Position numbers and translations under genes: made by a program
Assembly (NCBI GenBank): GCA_964228815.1
Contig: CAXRAL010000009.1
Location: 5,377 to 69,376 of the forward strand
DNA length: 64,000 bases
Direction: 5' to 3'
Source: Candidatus Poseidoniaceae archaeon
GTDB lineage: Archaea > Thermoplasmatota > Poseidoniia > Poseidoniales > Poseidoniaceae
The notes under the pieces: model-generated
Database searches by the model: none
Seen by the model: only the letters and a program-made list of their open reading frames with translations
What the model was told of the DNA's origin: nothing
In this document: piece after piece, positions 18,721 to 27,955 of the stretch
Position numbering within the stretch: position 1 is the first letter of the stretch
Layout of the letters: each line of letters opens with the position of its first letter

Positions 18721-20343
18721 GTGGTTTGCATGCTCGGTCTTCCTGCCAACTTCAATGCACGAAGGCTTGCCCTTCAGGCGTCGTTTTGGGCGGTCATGCT
18801 CATTTTGTTGATGACCATTCTTCTGAATTTCATCAACCTCAGTGCCACGGACCAGTTGTCAGCGTACGACGACGATTGGGACGACATGTCTGCCTTCCGT
18901 GCTGACATCAAATCCATGGGCATCGAAACCCGCTCGCTGGTGAGCAGTCCGTTGCTGCTGGCTGACATTGAGGACCCTCGCAACACCACCTACGTCCTGG
19001 CTGGTGTTGAGCGAGACACCCTTTCACTGCCTCAATTTGATGATGATGGCTTCATCACCATCGCCTCAGGCAACGGCTATTCTCCGTCTGAGATCAACGC
19101 CATCGTTGAGTTTGTCGAAGCCGGTGGCACGGCGATGGTGTTCGAGGATTACGGCTACGCCAACACCATCGCTGAGGCGTTTGGTATTCGCTTTACGGGC
19201 GAGCAGGTGTTTGACACGACCTACGCCACTGAACTGGATTTCAATTACGTCTGGATGTGCGTGCAAAGCAACCCCTGCGGCATGAACGGCACGCAGCTTG
19301 ACCCCTCCACTCTCTCCACTCACGACCGCTGGGCGGATGCTGGTGGGCCGGGCGAACACCCCTGCTCAAAACTCGACGAGCAGACCTTTGTGGTGGGTGA
19401 GGCGCCCCTGTGTGCTCAACACATGATCAACGGTCGCGTGGACTACAACGGCACCTACCAGTTGCTGCTCAACAACATCACCGGGCTCGAAGTCATTCCC
19501 GGTGTGCGTGGGCCGCTCAGCGAGGTGGCCGTTCGGGCGCTGACCAGCAACGAAGCGACGGTCGATGTGAACGGCGACGGCGAGATTTGGGTGGGCAACG
19601 AAATCACGCCTGAAACGCCCGACCGGTGGGGGCAGTTCAACCTCAGCATCGAGGCCTGCGCTCGTGCCAGTTGCTCGCCGTCCGACGGTGGACGAATCGT
19701 GTTCGTCGCTGACGGTTCTGCCCTCATCAACGCGATGTACGATTATGAGGGCTTCAACGAAGGAAAATACGGCCCCACCGACACCCTGATGCCTGCCAAC
19801 GACAATCGAAAGTGGGCTCTGGACTTCATTGCAGAGGCCCTCATGAGCGAACTTATCGACGAAGTCGGTGAGCCGGCCGAGAACGCCATGGTCATCTTCG
19901 ACGAGAGTCGTCACCCCCAAAGTGCACTGGCGGCTGATTCCTACAACACCGTCTACTTCCTTCTCGTCTATTTCACCGGTGAAGGCCTGGCCATGCTGTT
20001 GTTGTTCCTGATCCTGTTCATCACATTTGAAGCGGTGCTCATCAAGAAGCGAGACCCTGAACCATGGCGCCATGTCTTCAGCATCATTTACTACGGCTTT
20101 GGCGACGCCAATCGCTATGCCTACTACTCCAAAGTTGAGAAGATTCGACAGGTGTTCCTGTCCAAGGTCCGCAACCAAAACGGGCTGAACCGAGAAGAAT
20201 TCCAAGCGATGCAGGCCAACGAACTGGTCTCGATGATCAACGACCCGGTGTTGGCCAAATTCGCCGTTGAATCCAGCAACAAGTACACCCTTGAACAGAC
20301 GGTTGCGCTGGTCAAACGCATCAAGGCGTGGGGGCGCCAGTGA
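18721..20343 (+). CDS. DUF4350-like membrane protein (N- and C-proximal TM helices flanking an extracytoplasmic domain)
   Basis: The first TM is FWAVMLILLMTILLNFINL. The ectodomain carries a DUF4350/GldG-like segment (YVLAGVERD...SPSEINAIVEFVEAGGTAMVFEDYGY). The second TM is AMLLLFLILFITFEAVLI, followed by a helical cytoplasmic tail. The gene sits directly upstream of a DUF58 gene, the usual context for this family. Confidence 0.55.
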   Translation: MVCMLGLPANFNARRLALQASFWAVMLILLMTILLNFINLSATDQLSAYDDDWDDMSAFRADIKSMGIETRSLVSSPLLLADIEDPRNTTYVLAGVERDTLSLPQFDDDGFITIASGNGYSPSEINAIVEFVEAGGTAMVFEDYGYANTIAEAFGIRFTGEQVFDTTYATELDFNYVWMCVQSNPCGMNGTQLDPSTLSTHDRWADAGGPGEHPCSKLDEQTFVVGEAPLCAQHMINGRVDYNGTYQLLLNNITGLEVIPGVRGPLSEVAVRALTSNEATVDVNGDGEIWVGNEITPETPDRWGQFNLSIEACARASCSPSDGGRIVFVADGSALINAMYDYEGFNEGKYGPTDTLMPANDNRKWALDFIAEALMSELIDEVGEPAENAMVIFDESRHPQSALAADSYNTVYFLLVYFTGEGLAMLLLFLILFITFEAVLIKKRDPEPWRHVFSIIYYGFGDANRYAYYSKVEKIRQVFLSKVRNQNGLNREEFQAMQANELVSMINDPVLAKFAVESSNKYTLEQTVALVKRIKAWGRQ

Positions 20344-20354
20344 GGTGAAGGGCC

Positions 20355-21608
20355 ATGTGGACGAGAAAGGCAGCCTTCACCTTCACCGGCGGGATTGCGC
20401 TGGTGCTCATCGGGATGATGATATCCAACCAGCAAATGATGATCCTCGGGTTGAGTCTCATCGCCTTCATCGTGGTGAATTCATGGATTTCAGGCCACGG
20501 CGATGTTGAAGTTCAACGCACGCTCTCGGCCGACAACCTGTACAAAGGCGACGACCTGTACGTGGAATTGTTGGTGACCAACCGGAGCAATCGGAAGACG
20601 CAGATGCTGGACATCTACGATAACATTCCTCATGAGATGAAGCTGCGCAGCGGGCTCAACCAGATGCAGCTCAACCTCAAACCCGGCGAGAGCGCCCGCA
20701 TTCGCTACGTCCTCCGATGTCCGCTTCGTGGGCACTACTCCATCGGCCCTGTGTCGCTTCGGGCCCGTAACACGTTCAACCTGGGCGTTGAGGAGATGTA
20801 CGTCGACCATCACAGCGATATCGTCATCTTCCCTCAAATCAAGGATATCGAGGAAGCCTTCCTGCGCAGTCGAACCCCGAAAATGTACACCGGTGCGACC
20901 ACCCTTCGAACACCCGGTCAGGGCTCAGAATTCTACTCTCTCCGAGAATACGTGCCCGGCGACCCGTTCAAGAACATCAACTGGAAAGCCTTCGCTCGCA
21001 CCGGGGAATTGATGGTCAACGAAAAGTGCCGTGACGCCGTCACCGACCTGTACCTCATCCTCGACAGCCGTGATTTGGCTCGCATCGGTACGGTGCTCAA
21101 GAATCCCCTCGAGATGGGCACCGTCTCGGCCGCCAGTCTGGCTGCGTTTTTCCTGAAGCGTCGGGATTCCGTGGCCTTGGCCATTTACGACGAGAAGCTC
21201 GCTTACTTGCCGCCCGACACCGGCGACAAGCAGTACTTCAAGATCCTCAGTGCGCTTGCAGGCGTCCGTCCAAAAGGCGCCATGCCGCTCCAAGCGGTTA
21301 CCAACTCCTTGAGCGGTCGGTTCAGCCGCGGCAGCCCTGTGTTCATCATCTCATCGTGCGAGGGGGACGGTACCGTGCCGGCCGCTGTGCGAGACCTCGT
21401 CGGCCGAGGCCACGAAGTCACCGTGCTCTCGCCGTCCAGCGTTGATTTCGAACGCTTGGTCAGCCGCATCCCCCGAATGTCCTATGAGGTGTTGAAACTG
21501 GAGCGTCAAAACCGCTTGACGACGCTCGCAGGTTCGGGGGCCCAAGTGATTGATTGGATGCCTGACATGGATTTGTCGCAGGCCTTGATGCAGGTGAGGG
21601 GGTACTGA
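20355..21608 (+). CDS. DUF58 domain protein (vWA-like, MoxR-associated family)
   Basis: Two N-terminal TM helices are followed by the DUF58 signature GSEFYSLREYVPGDPFKNINWKAFARTGELMVNE. Confidence 0.8.
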   Translation: MWTRKAAFTFTGGIALVLIGMMISNQQMMILGLSLIAFIVVNSWISGHGDVEVQRTLSADNLYKGDDLYVELLVTNRSNRKTQMLDIYDNIPHEMKLRSGLNQMQLNLKPGESARIRYVLRCPLRGHYSIGPVSLRARNTFNLGVEEMYVDHHSDIVIFPQIKDIEEAFLRSRTPKMYTGATTLRTPGQGSEFYSLREYVPGDPFKNINWKAFARTGELMVNEKCRDAVTDLYLILDSRDLARIGTVLKNPLEMGTVSAASLAAFFLKRRDSVALAIYDEKLAYLPPDTGDKQYFKILSALAGVRPKGAMPLQAVTNSLSGRFSRGSPVFIISSCEGDGTVPAAVRDLVGRGHEVTVLSPSSVDFERLVSRIPRMSYEVLKLERQNRLTTLAGSGAQVIDWMPDMDLSQALMQVRGY

Positions 21609-21609
21609 G

Positions 21610-22827
21610 ATGGCAGGTGAAGTCGGTCTCCAGTCGGATGTCTACCTCGACGGGGCGGCCAAGCCTCGTACGCTTCACCTCAAGACGCTGCGTCGTCAGT
21701 GGCAAATCATCGCCCTGCAAGTCGTGGCCACCATCGCCCTCATCGGTATGTACCTCGAGGTTGTCTCAACCTATGTCGTGGGTTCAATTGACCACACCAT
21801 CCTCTTCGATTCCATTGAGTTGCTCATTTCGGACCAACTTCCGCTGGGCGACTGGCTGACCGGTGAAGGCCGAACAGGCATGGCTCGATTCTTCGTCCCC
21901 CTCGTGTTGGGGTTGGGTCTGGGTGGTGTGATGGCGTTCATTGCCTTCCAATCGCCCAAGGTTCAACAGCGCATCAAACTCGGCTTCATCGTCGGCCTCA
22001 TTGTCCTCTTGATCGGGCGTTTGGTGTTGTCATGGTTCGCTGGCATGTTGTTTTCCTTTGACCTTCGATTCCCTACCAACGACGAGTTGGAGACCCTTCA
22101 GTGGCCGTTGCTGATGATCATGTCCCTGCTCATTCTGTTCATCTATCTCCTTCCCGTCATCATGGGAACACGTGGCATTTGGGGTCTGTCCCGCCGGTCC
22201 ATCGCATGGGCCATCGGGTTCACGCTATTGTTCCTCGGCATTCACGCCATCTTGACCTTCCCGCTCATCAAATCCCAGTTGGGCTCCTACGGTGGGGCCC
22301 TCGCCACACTAGAGAGTCAAACCTCCGACCCCACCATCGGTTTGTTCGGCCTCAATCTCGTCACGCAGGAACAATTCAACCTCATCCTCATCGCCGTGCT
22401 GATCATGGTGTTCCAAGAGGCCAGCTACGGCGTCATTCGCAACCTTGAGTACGCTTTCCGCCTCCCCGAGTCGTGCAAGCGTGACCCCGAATACGTCCGC
22501 CAGATGGACAACGTTCTCAACACCCATCTTCGACACACCTTCCTGTTCCTCGGCCTGACGGGTCTGGCCACCATGGTGGCACTGGGCTTCCACAAGGTCC
22601 TGCTGACCATTGTGTCGGATACCACGGGGAGTCAGTGGGCGGGCCAAGTTTCAGAATCGATTGAGTTGACGCTGACCTACGGATTGGTCATCTCAGCGCT
22701 GTTGTTCTTGAGCATCATGGCTGTGCTTCGATTTTTCATCCCCTGGCAGCGTGTGATCGGGTTCATCCAATCCAAAACCAGCCGAATTCCACCCGAGCCG
22801 GAAACAAAGGATTTCTCACAACTATGA
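21610..22827 (+). CDS. Polytopic membrane protein, hypothetical (third gene of the DUF4350/DUF58 operon)
   Basis: 405-aa ORF starting 1 nt after the DUF58 stop, with about 8-9 hydrophobic helices. Confidence 0.55.
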   Translation: MAGEVGLQSDVYLDGAAKPRTLHLKTLRRQWQIIALQVVATIALIGMYLEVVSTYVVGSIDHTILFDSIELLISDQLPLGDWLTGEGRTGMARFFVPLVLGLGLGGVMAFIAFQSPKVQQRIKLGFIVGLIVLLIGRLVLSWFAGMLFSFDLRFPTNDELETLQWPLLMIMSLLILFIYLLPVIMGTRGIWGLSRRSIAWAIGFTLLFLGIHAILTFPLIKSQLGSYGGALATLESQTSDPTIGLFGLNLVTQEQFNLILIAVLIMVFQEASYGVIRNLEYAFRLPESCKRDPEYVRQMDNVLNTHLRHTFLFLGLTGLATMVALGFHKVLLTIVSDTTGSQWAGQVSESIELTLTYGLVISALLFLSIMAVLRFFIPWQRVIGFIQSKTSRIPPEPETKDFSQL

Positions 22828-23067
22828 GCGCAATGAGGCTTGGAGCGCACGGCCCAAGAATTCCACGCCGGCCAGCAAGATGAGCGGGAAGGCGATGTAC
22901 GTCAGGAGAACGCTCGCCAAAGGCTGAATCACGGTATCGGCGACCGCCGATCGACCGAAGACAAAAACGATGACAGCGCCCAGCAAAAGAAAGCGCTCCA
23001 TCCAAAGCGGGTACCGTTTCCCAACGGTTTCCTCTCTGCCCATGAGCGTCGTGGCGTCGGTCGTCAT
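22822..23067 (-). CDS. Small 2-TM membrane protein, hypothetical
   Basis: 81 aa with helices FLLLGAVIVFVFG and LLTYIAFPLILLAGVEFL. It begins 8 nt downstream of the 1063-aa coiled-coil gene on the same strand. Confidence 0.45.
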   Translation of the reverse strand: MTTDATTLMGREETVGKRYPLWMERFLLLGAVIVFVFGRSAVADTVIQPLASVLLTYIAFPLILLAGVEFLGRALQASLRS

Positions 23068-23075
23068 GTCGATCT

Positions 23076-26000
23076 TCAGAATTCAATGTCGGACAGACGA
23101 GACTCAAGGTCAGCCAGTGCCGTATCAGCACCGCTGCTGGCTGGAGCGGGGGTGTGTGCGATGCGGTGGCTGCGTTCAGCGTCCAAGCGAGCGAGTTCCG
23201 CCTCGAGTTTTGCACGCTCGTCTTCCAACGAATCAATGTGCGTGGACGTTTCGTTGGTTGCCACGACCTCGCTCACGGGGCCATCCTCGTTTGTGGGAGG
23301 TGGGAGCGGAGACCACCCCTCGTCGTCGCCGGTTTCACTGGCATCCGGAGCGACGATCTCCACGGCTTCCGCTTGGATGAGATGAGGCTCCATGTCGTCA
23401 AGCATGGCTTCGTTCACGGGAATGCGCTGCTCAGCAGGAATTGATTCTCGCTCAAACGGAAGCAATCCGTCGCGTTGGAAGGCCCACATCATGCCGCGAG
23501 GTCGTCCGTCGGTCAGGCCTGATGCATCGAGTTGCGTGATGAGTTCCTCGAGAACACGTGCTGTTTCTTCGAGGCCGATGGCCTCGCCGGCATCACGTTG
23601 GTCGGCTTCGAGGTAGATGTCATCGAGCGCAACTTGAATCAGTTTTCGGGTGCCCATGGCCAGACTTGGCAGGGCTTCCGGCCGCTGACAATTGGCCAGC
23701 AGGGCGTGAACTTCATGCGACGGTGCACCGAGTCGCTCCACCTGCTCGAGCACGTTCCGGATACGACGGAGCATGGTGATGGAGCGGTCGAAGTCTTCGA
23801 GCAGATGCTCAAGGTCGACGACGACATGGTTGACGGTTTCACCGAGTTGTTGCTCGAGCCGCTGCTGAACGGACCAGCGGGCCAACCCGCGGACGGCACC
23901 CGCCGTTTGTGGTACCTGGCGTTCCAACAGGGTCATGACTTCCGAGGACAGGAGGTGGCGGGGGGTTGCAGCGACATGATCGACCGTTCCTTGTATCACC
24001 TGCAAGGCTCGTTCGACCGCTCTGTCAAGCATCGTGACCGAGTAGCCGAGGCTCCGAGCGTGTTCGAGACGTTCGAGCACCGGGCCCAAGCCTTGGAAGG
24101 TCGTGTTGTCGTCAAGCAAGGCTTGTGCCAGCGGTTCTTCGGCGAGGCGTGCTCGCAGGCGCTCAGCTTCCTGAATGTCGGCGAGGGCTTCTTCGTGAGC
24201 CTCCGCTAAGGAGGTGGCTTTGTCGACCAAGGTGGACAACTCGGCTTCGGCATGACCGCGACGAGCGCCAAGGTCGCCCAATTCACGCAGTACCTGTCGG
24301 CGTTCGTCCATGAGTTCTCGCAATTCTGCTTGGATGTTGGCACGGCGGGCCTCGTCTTCCGCTCTTCGAAGACGGTCCTCCTCGGTGCGCTGCCGCGCGT
24401 GCTTTTCCTCGGTGCGAACCGACTCGAGTTCAAGGTTGCTGACGTGAACCTGTTCTTGAGCGGCGATGAGGTCGGCTTGGGCTCGGGCGTGTCGTTCACG
24501 GCTGGTGTTGACTTGTTCACTCAACACCCGAAGACGGCGTTCTTCATCCTCGCTCTGCTTTCGAATGGTGCTGAGGCGCTCGCTCCCTTCGGAAAGGTTG
24601 GCTTGAAGTTCGGCTTCTTTCAGCGAGAGTTCCTCAAGCATCGTTTGCAGTTCTGCACTGCTTTCTGCATCGCCGACCGCTTTCGCAAGTTCAGCAGCCC
24701 GCTGACTAACCTGGTGTTCAAGTTCGTTAACTCGCCGCACAAGGCGTTCTGCACGGGATTCCGCTTCTTCCCACTGTGAACGTGCTTGGGCGAGGTCCAC
24801 CTGCATCGTGTTCAGTTGGCGGTTGGCTTCCTCCAACGCCGTGGTGTTTTCTTGGCGTGATTCCGTCGCCTCTCGAGCGACGATTTGCGCGGCATCTTTC
24901 TTCTTCTCCAACGCGTTGACTTGAGAGGTCAGCACAGCCTTTTCCTTGTTGAGTGCATCAACCCGCTGTTCGGCCATTTCGAGTTTGCGGCGCAGCCCAG
25001 CATCGACGGCGCTCACGGCTTGATCTCGCATCACGGGGAGGGCTTCAGCAACATCGGCGCCGCCGGTGTTGAACTTGAGTTTGGAGCGTGCGGCTCGCAG
25101 CGCCTCCAAACTGGCCTCAAAGCCAAGAAGGTCCTCCAACATCGCCTTGAGTGAAGCTTGACGGGCTTCGGAACGCGTGCGGACGGTGGCCAAGGTTTCA
25201 ATGAAACCAGCCAGGGTGAATCCCTCGACGGTTCCTGAGTTGGCTGAAACGATGGTCCCGGCAGGGAAGCGAATGAGTTGCACCTTGCGCTTGGCTTCCG
25301 TGAGGGCGAGCATGGCCTCCTCATTCGTCTCGAACGAAGGGGCCCAAAGGGCGACAGGGACTCCTCGCAACAGGATGAGCGAAACCGATTTGCTTGAGGA
25401 ACCGGATTGAAGGTGGCCTGTCACTTCTTCCTGCATGGCGGCTTTCAACATGGAAAGCACCGCATCGGGGCCACCACGTCCCTCGCGGAGGGCAAAACCT
25501 TCGGGCAGTTTTGAGCCGTGTGCGCCGGCAGCGATGAGGTCGCCTTCGAGTGCGATGGAGGTGGACGAAAGGAGGCGGGCGTGATTGGCGTCTTTCTCCG
25601 TCCATGCTGCGATGGAAATCTCGCCGCTTTGGGCCAGCAGCAAGGCACCGTTTTCGGTGTGGAGCGTCCAGTGGCTTTGGCCGGACATGCCCCATCCTTC
25701 GTGCATGGACTGGTGGCCCATGCCGCTCATCATTTCGTGAAGTTCACTGGCCAAACGTTCCTCTTCACCCAGGCCGGGCAGATCGCCGGCATGATCGATG
25801 AGCATCCCGCTGTCAATGGCCATGGCGCCACGAACCGTCATGTTTTCAGACAGCGTCCTCACAACAGTCGACAGGTCTCGTGCCAAGAGGCGCTCGACGG
25901 CGTTGCTGCTCGACTTGAGTCCTTGCCGGTCCGCTTGGTGAACGAAGGCTTCCGGAACGAGTTCGGCCAGTGCGCCAAGTCTGGCGATGGTGTAGGAGGA

Positions 26001-26267
26001 AGCGACGTGTCGCACTTTTTGTTGTGCTTCGAGGGCTTCGAGGGCTGATTTTGCTTCTGCTCCACCCAACATCACGCCTTTTTTCTCGGCATCACAGAGG
26101 TAGCCAACCACTCGACCCGCGCGAACAAGTCGGTGGCCTTGCGGGGTTTTGCGCCGTCCCGCATAGGTTGAGATGACGCCGTGAGCGAAGGGCTGGAGCA
26201 CGCCCTCTTCAAGCGAGATGGATTCATTGACGGGCTTTCCAATCGGCAGTTCAAACACGGTGATCAC
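23076..26267 (-). CDS. Giant coiled-coil protein with PATAN(DUF4388)-like and Roadblock-like N-terminal modules and an acidic C-terminal tail
   Basis: 1063-aa ORF. By-eye PATAN-like segments are GHRLVRAGRVVGYLCDAEKKGVMLGGAEAKSALEALE and TGHLQSGSSSKSVSLILLRGVPVALWAPSFETNEEAMLALTE. A Roadblock-like segment is VRGAMAIDSGMLIDHAGD...ENGALLLAQSGEISIAAW. About aa 400-720 (nt about 24108-25070) is uninterrupted E/R/A/L/Q heptad-like sequence. The C-terminus is D/E-rich. Confidence 0.6.
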   Translation of the reverse strand: MITVFELPIGKPVNESISLEEGVLQPFAHGVISTYAGRRKTPQGHRLVRAGRVVGYLCDAEKKGVMLGGAEAKSALEALEAQQKVRHVASSYTIARLGALAELVPEAFVHQADRQGLKSSSNAVERLLARDLSTVVRTLSENMTVRGAMAIDSGMLIDHAGDLPGLGEEERLASELHEMMSGMGHQSMHEGWGMSGQSHWTLHTENGALLLAQSGEISIAAWTEKDANHARLLSSTSIALEGDLIAAGAHGSKLPEGFALREGRGGPDAVLSMLKAAMQEEVTGHLQSGSSSKSVSLILLRGVPVALWAPSFETNEEAMLALTEAKRKVQLIRFPAGTIVSANSGTVEGFTLAGFIETLATVRTRSEARQASLKAMLEDLLGFEASLEALRAARSKLKFNTGGADVAEALPVMRDQAVSAVDAGLRRKLEMAEQRVDALNKEKAVLTSQVNALEKKKDAAQIVAREATESRQENTTALEEANRQLNTMQVDLAQARSQWEEAESRAERLVRRVNELEHQVSQRAAELAKAVGDAESSAELQTMLEELSLKEAELQANLSEGSERLSTIRKQSEDEERRLRVLSEQVNTSRERHARAQADLIAAQEQVHVSNLELESVRTEEKHARQRTEEDRLRRAEDEARRANIQAELRELMDERRQVLRELGDLGARRGHAEAELSTLVDKATSLAEAHEEALADIQEAERLRARLAEEPLAQALLDDNTTFQGLGPVLERLEHARSLGYSVTMLDRAVERALQVIQGTVDHVAATPRHLLSSEVMTLLERQVPQTAGAVRGLARWSVQQRLEQQLGETVNHVVVDLEHLLEDFDRSITMLRRIRNVLEQVERLGAPSHEVHALLANCQRPEALPSLAMGTRKLIQVALDDIYLEADQRDAGEAIGLEETARVLEELITQLDASGLTDGRPRGMMWAFQRDGLLPFERESIPAEQRIPVNEAMLDDMEPHLIQAEAVEIVAPDASETGDDEGWSPLPPPTNEDGPVSEVVATNETSTHIDSLEDERAKLEAELARLDAERSHRIAHTPAPASSGADTALADLESRLSDIEF

Positions 26268-26609
26268 CTACAATTCATTGGTTGTGGCCAGTTGTCGACG
26301 CAATCGGTCGACGCTGTGGCGCCAGCGAGCGATGTTTCCTTTGGTTCCTGAGAGCATCAAGATGCGATAGGGGGTGACGATGTCGATGCAGGTCGTGGCT
26401 TCGCCTTCGACCCACACCTCGTGAAGTTCGCCCAATTGGCTTCCTTGTGCTGCGTCCAGGGCCGCCACCGTCAGGTCAACGGCCCGTTGAGTTGAGGGAA
26501 GTTGACCCTCTGCTCCGACGCTGGAGAGCAACCGTCCGCGGTCGTCAATGGCGGTGGCCTGCTCTACGCCGTCAACGTTCAGGAATTCCCCCAACAAGCG
26601 CTGCAGCAT
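26268..26609 (-). CDS. Roadblock/LC7 (MglB-like) domain protein
   Basis: 113 aa. LLGEFLNVDGVEQATAIDDRGRLLSSVG...LGELHEVWVEGEATTCIDIV..ILMLSGTKGNI fits the Roadblock/LC7 profile pattern (V.GV..A.L.D.dG..L.S ... LG....v.ve.e ... L.vl....N.G). Its stop codon directly abuts the start of the 1063-aa gene. Confidence 0.7.
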   Translation of the reverse strand: MLQRLLGEFLNVDGVEQATAIDDRGRLLSSVGAEGQLPSTQRAVDLTVAALDAAQGSQLGELHEVWVEGEATTCIDIVTPYRILMLSGTKGNIARWRHSVDRLRRQLATTNEL

Positions 26610-26799
26610 GGTTGCTCAATCCCACGGACAGCGCTGTGGCCTTCAAGAAGTTTTGCGCCTGAACGGCGAATTTTGCAGGTTTGAGCACCCTTTCTCATTT
26701 TCCAACTGGAAATGCAGATTTGTTGTCTCCGGCGCGGTGCACTTCAATCGCCTTCAGTGCGCGGAATTTGGGTCCGAAGCAACATGACAACAAAGAGAA

Positions 26800-26870
26800 T
26801 GCGACTCGTGAATATATCTTAATTTCTAGTTGAAAATTTGAATATTCAATTGATAAATTCAGACAACAAA
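26800..26870. promoter_or_regulatory. AT-rich core of the 335-nt divergent intergenic region (multiple TATA-like elements plus the 12-bp palindrome TTGAATATTCAA at 26838-26849)
   Basis: The sequence gaatatatcttaatttctagttgaaaatttgaatattcaattgataaattc stands out against the GC-rich flanks. It lies between the Roadblock operon (minus strand) and the ttuA/ncsA-like gene (plus strand). Confidence 0.45.
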
Positions 26871-26944
26871 AAGGCGGATTTGGTGTCGTTCAACCGCCCG
26901 CCTGTTTCCGTTGAGTTCAAACCTCACACCCTGCAGGCCGACAC

Positions 26945-27955
26945 ATGGGGGAATCAACGGGCGCGTTGTTTACAGTGCCACGTTGCGATGCCTGTGACAA
27001 ACCCGCCGTGGTCGAACAGGCCTACTCGGGGAGAATTCTCTGCGGGAAACACCTCGCTAAGTCCGTGAGAAAGAAGATCAGCAAGGAGCTCCGCCTCCAA
27101 CTCCCGCTGGTAAAAGGAGAGCACACGACCATCCTCGTGGCCGTTTCCGGCGGCAAGGACTCCGCCGTTCTCCTCGACGCCATCGTCGATTTGGTCGGCA
27201 AGCGACGAGACGTGACCATCGTCGCCGGCACCGTTGATGAAGGCATTGAAGGCTACCGCCCTCCTTCCATCGAGTGCGCTGCCTCGTTGTGCGAACGGCT
27301 GGGTGTTGAACATCACGTGGTCAACTATCCCGAATTGTCGTTTATCGAGATGGACGAGGTCGTGAAACGCCTACCGATGGTGATGGCCAAGGACAACGAT
27401 GCCCCACGCATGGCTTGCTCGTATTGCGGTGTCTTTCGTCGACAGGGCATCAATCACCTTGCGGCCAAGGTCGGGGCCGATGTCATCGCTTTGGGCCACA
27501 ATTTGGATGACATGGCTCAAACTGTTCTGATGAACATGGCCAACGCTGACATTGAGCGGACGCTCCGTCTTGCCCCGCACACCGCCACTCCTGTTGACGG
27601 ACTTGCGCCGAGGATTGTTCCACTGCGCTGGGTTCCAGAACAGGAAATCCACCTCTACGCGCTGCACAAATCCCTCCCCATGCACCACGAAGAGTGCCCC
27701 AATGCACGTGGAGCGCTTCGGTGGCGCCACCGAGAAATGGTGGCGCACATGGAAGCAGATGTGCCCGGCACTCGTCATGGTTTGGTGCGAATGGCCGACC
27801 AGATCAAGGGACTGCGGGACCAAATTGTTGCGTTGGGTGGCGATGAAGGACGACCTGCTCCACCGACGCCCTGTCCACGTTGCGGAAGCCCAACATCAGC
27901 GGCTCAATGCAAGGCCTGCGATATGCGGGATTTGCTCGGGGTGGCCGACGATTAG
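26945..27955 (+). CDS. PP-loop ATPase of the TtuA/NcsA/Ctu1 family (tRNA 2-thiolation)
   Basis: An N-terminal Zn-ribbon (CDACDKP...CGKH) is followed by the PP-loop SGGKDS, the Fe-S ligand motif CSYCGVFRR, GHNLDD, and a C-terminal CPRCGSP...CKAC zinc ribbon. Confidence 0.85.
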   Translation: MGESTGALFTVPRCDACDKPAVVEQAYSGRILCGKHLAKSVRKKISKELRLQLPLVKGEHTTILVAVSGGKDSAVLLDAIVDLVGKRRDVTIVAGTVDEGIEGYRPPSIECAASLCERLGVEHHVVNYPELSFIEMDEVVKRLPMVMAKDNDAPRMACSYCGVFRRQGINHLAAKVGADVIALGHNLDDMAQTVLMNMANADIERTLRLAPHTATPVDGLAPRIVPLRWVPEQEIHLYALHKSLPMHHEECPNARGALRWRHREMVAHMEADVPGTRHGLVRMADQIKGLRDQIVALGGDEGRPAPPTPCPRCGSPTSAAQCKACDMRDLLGVADD

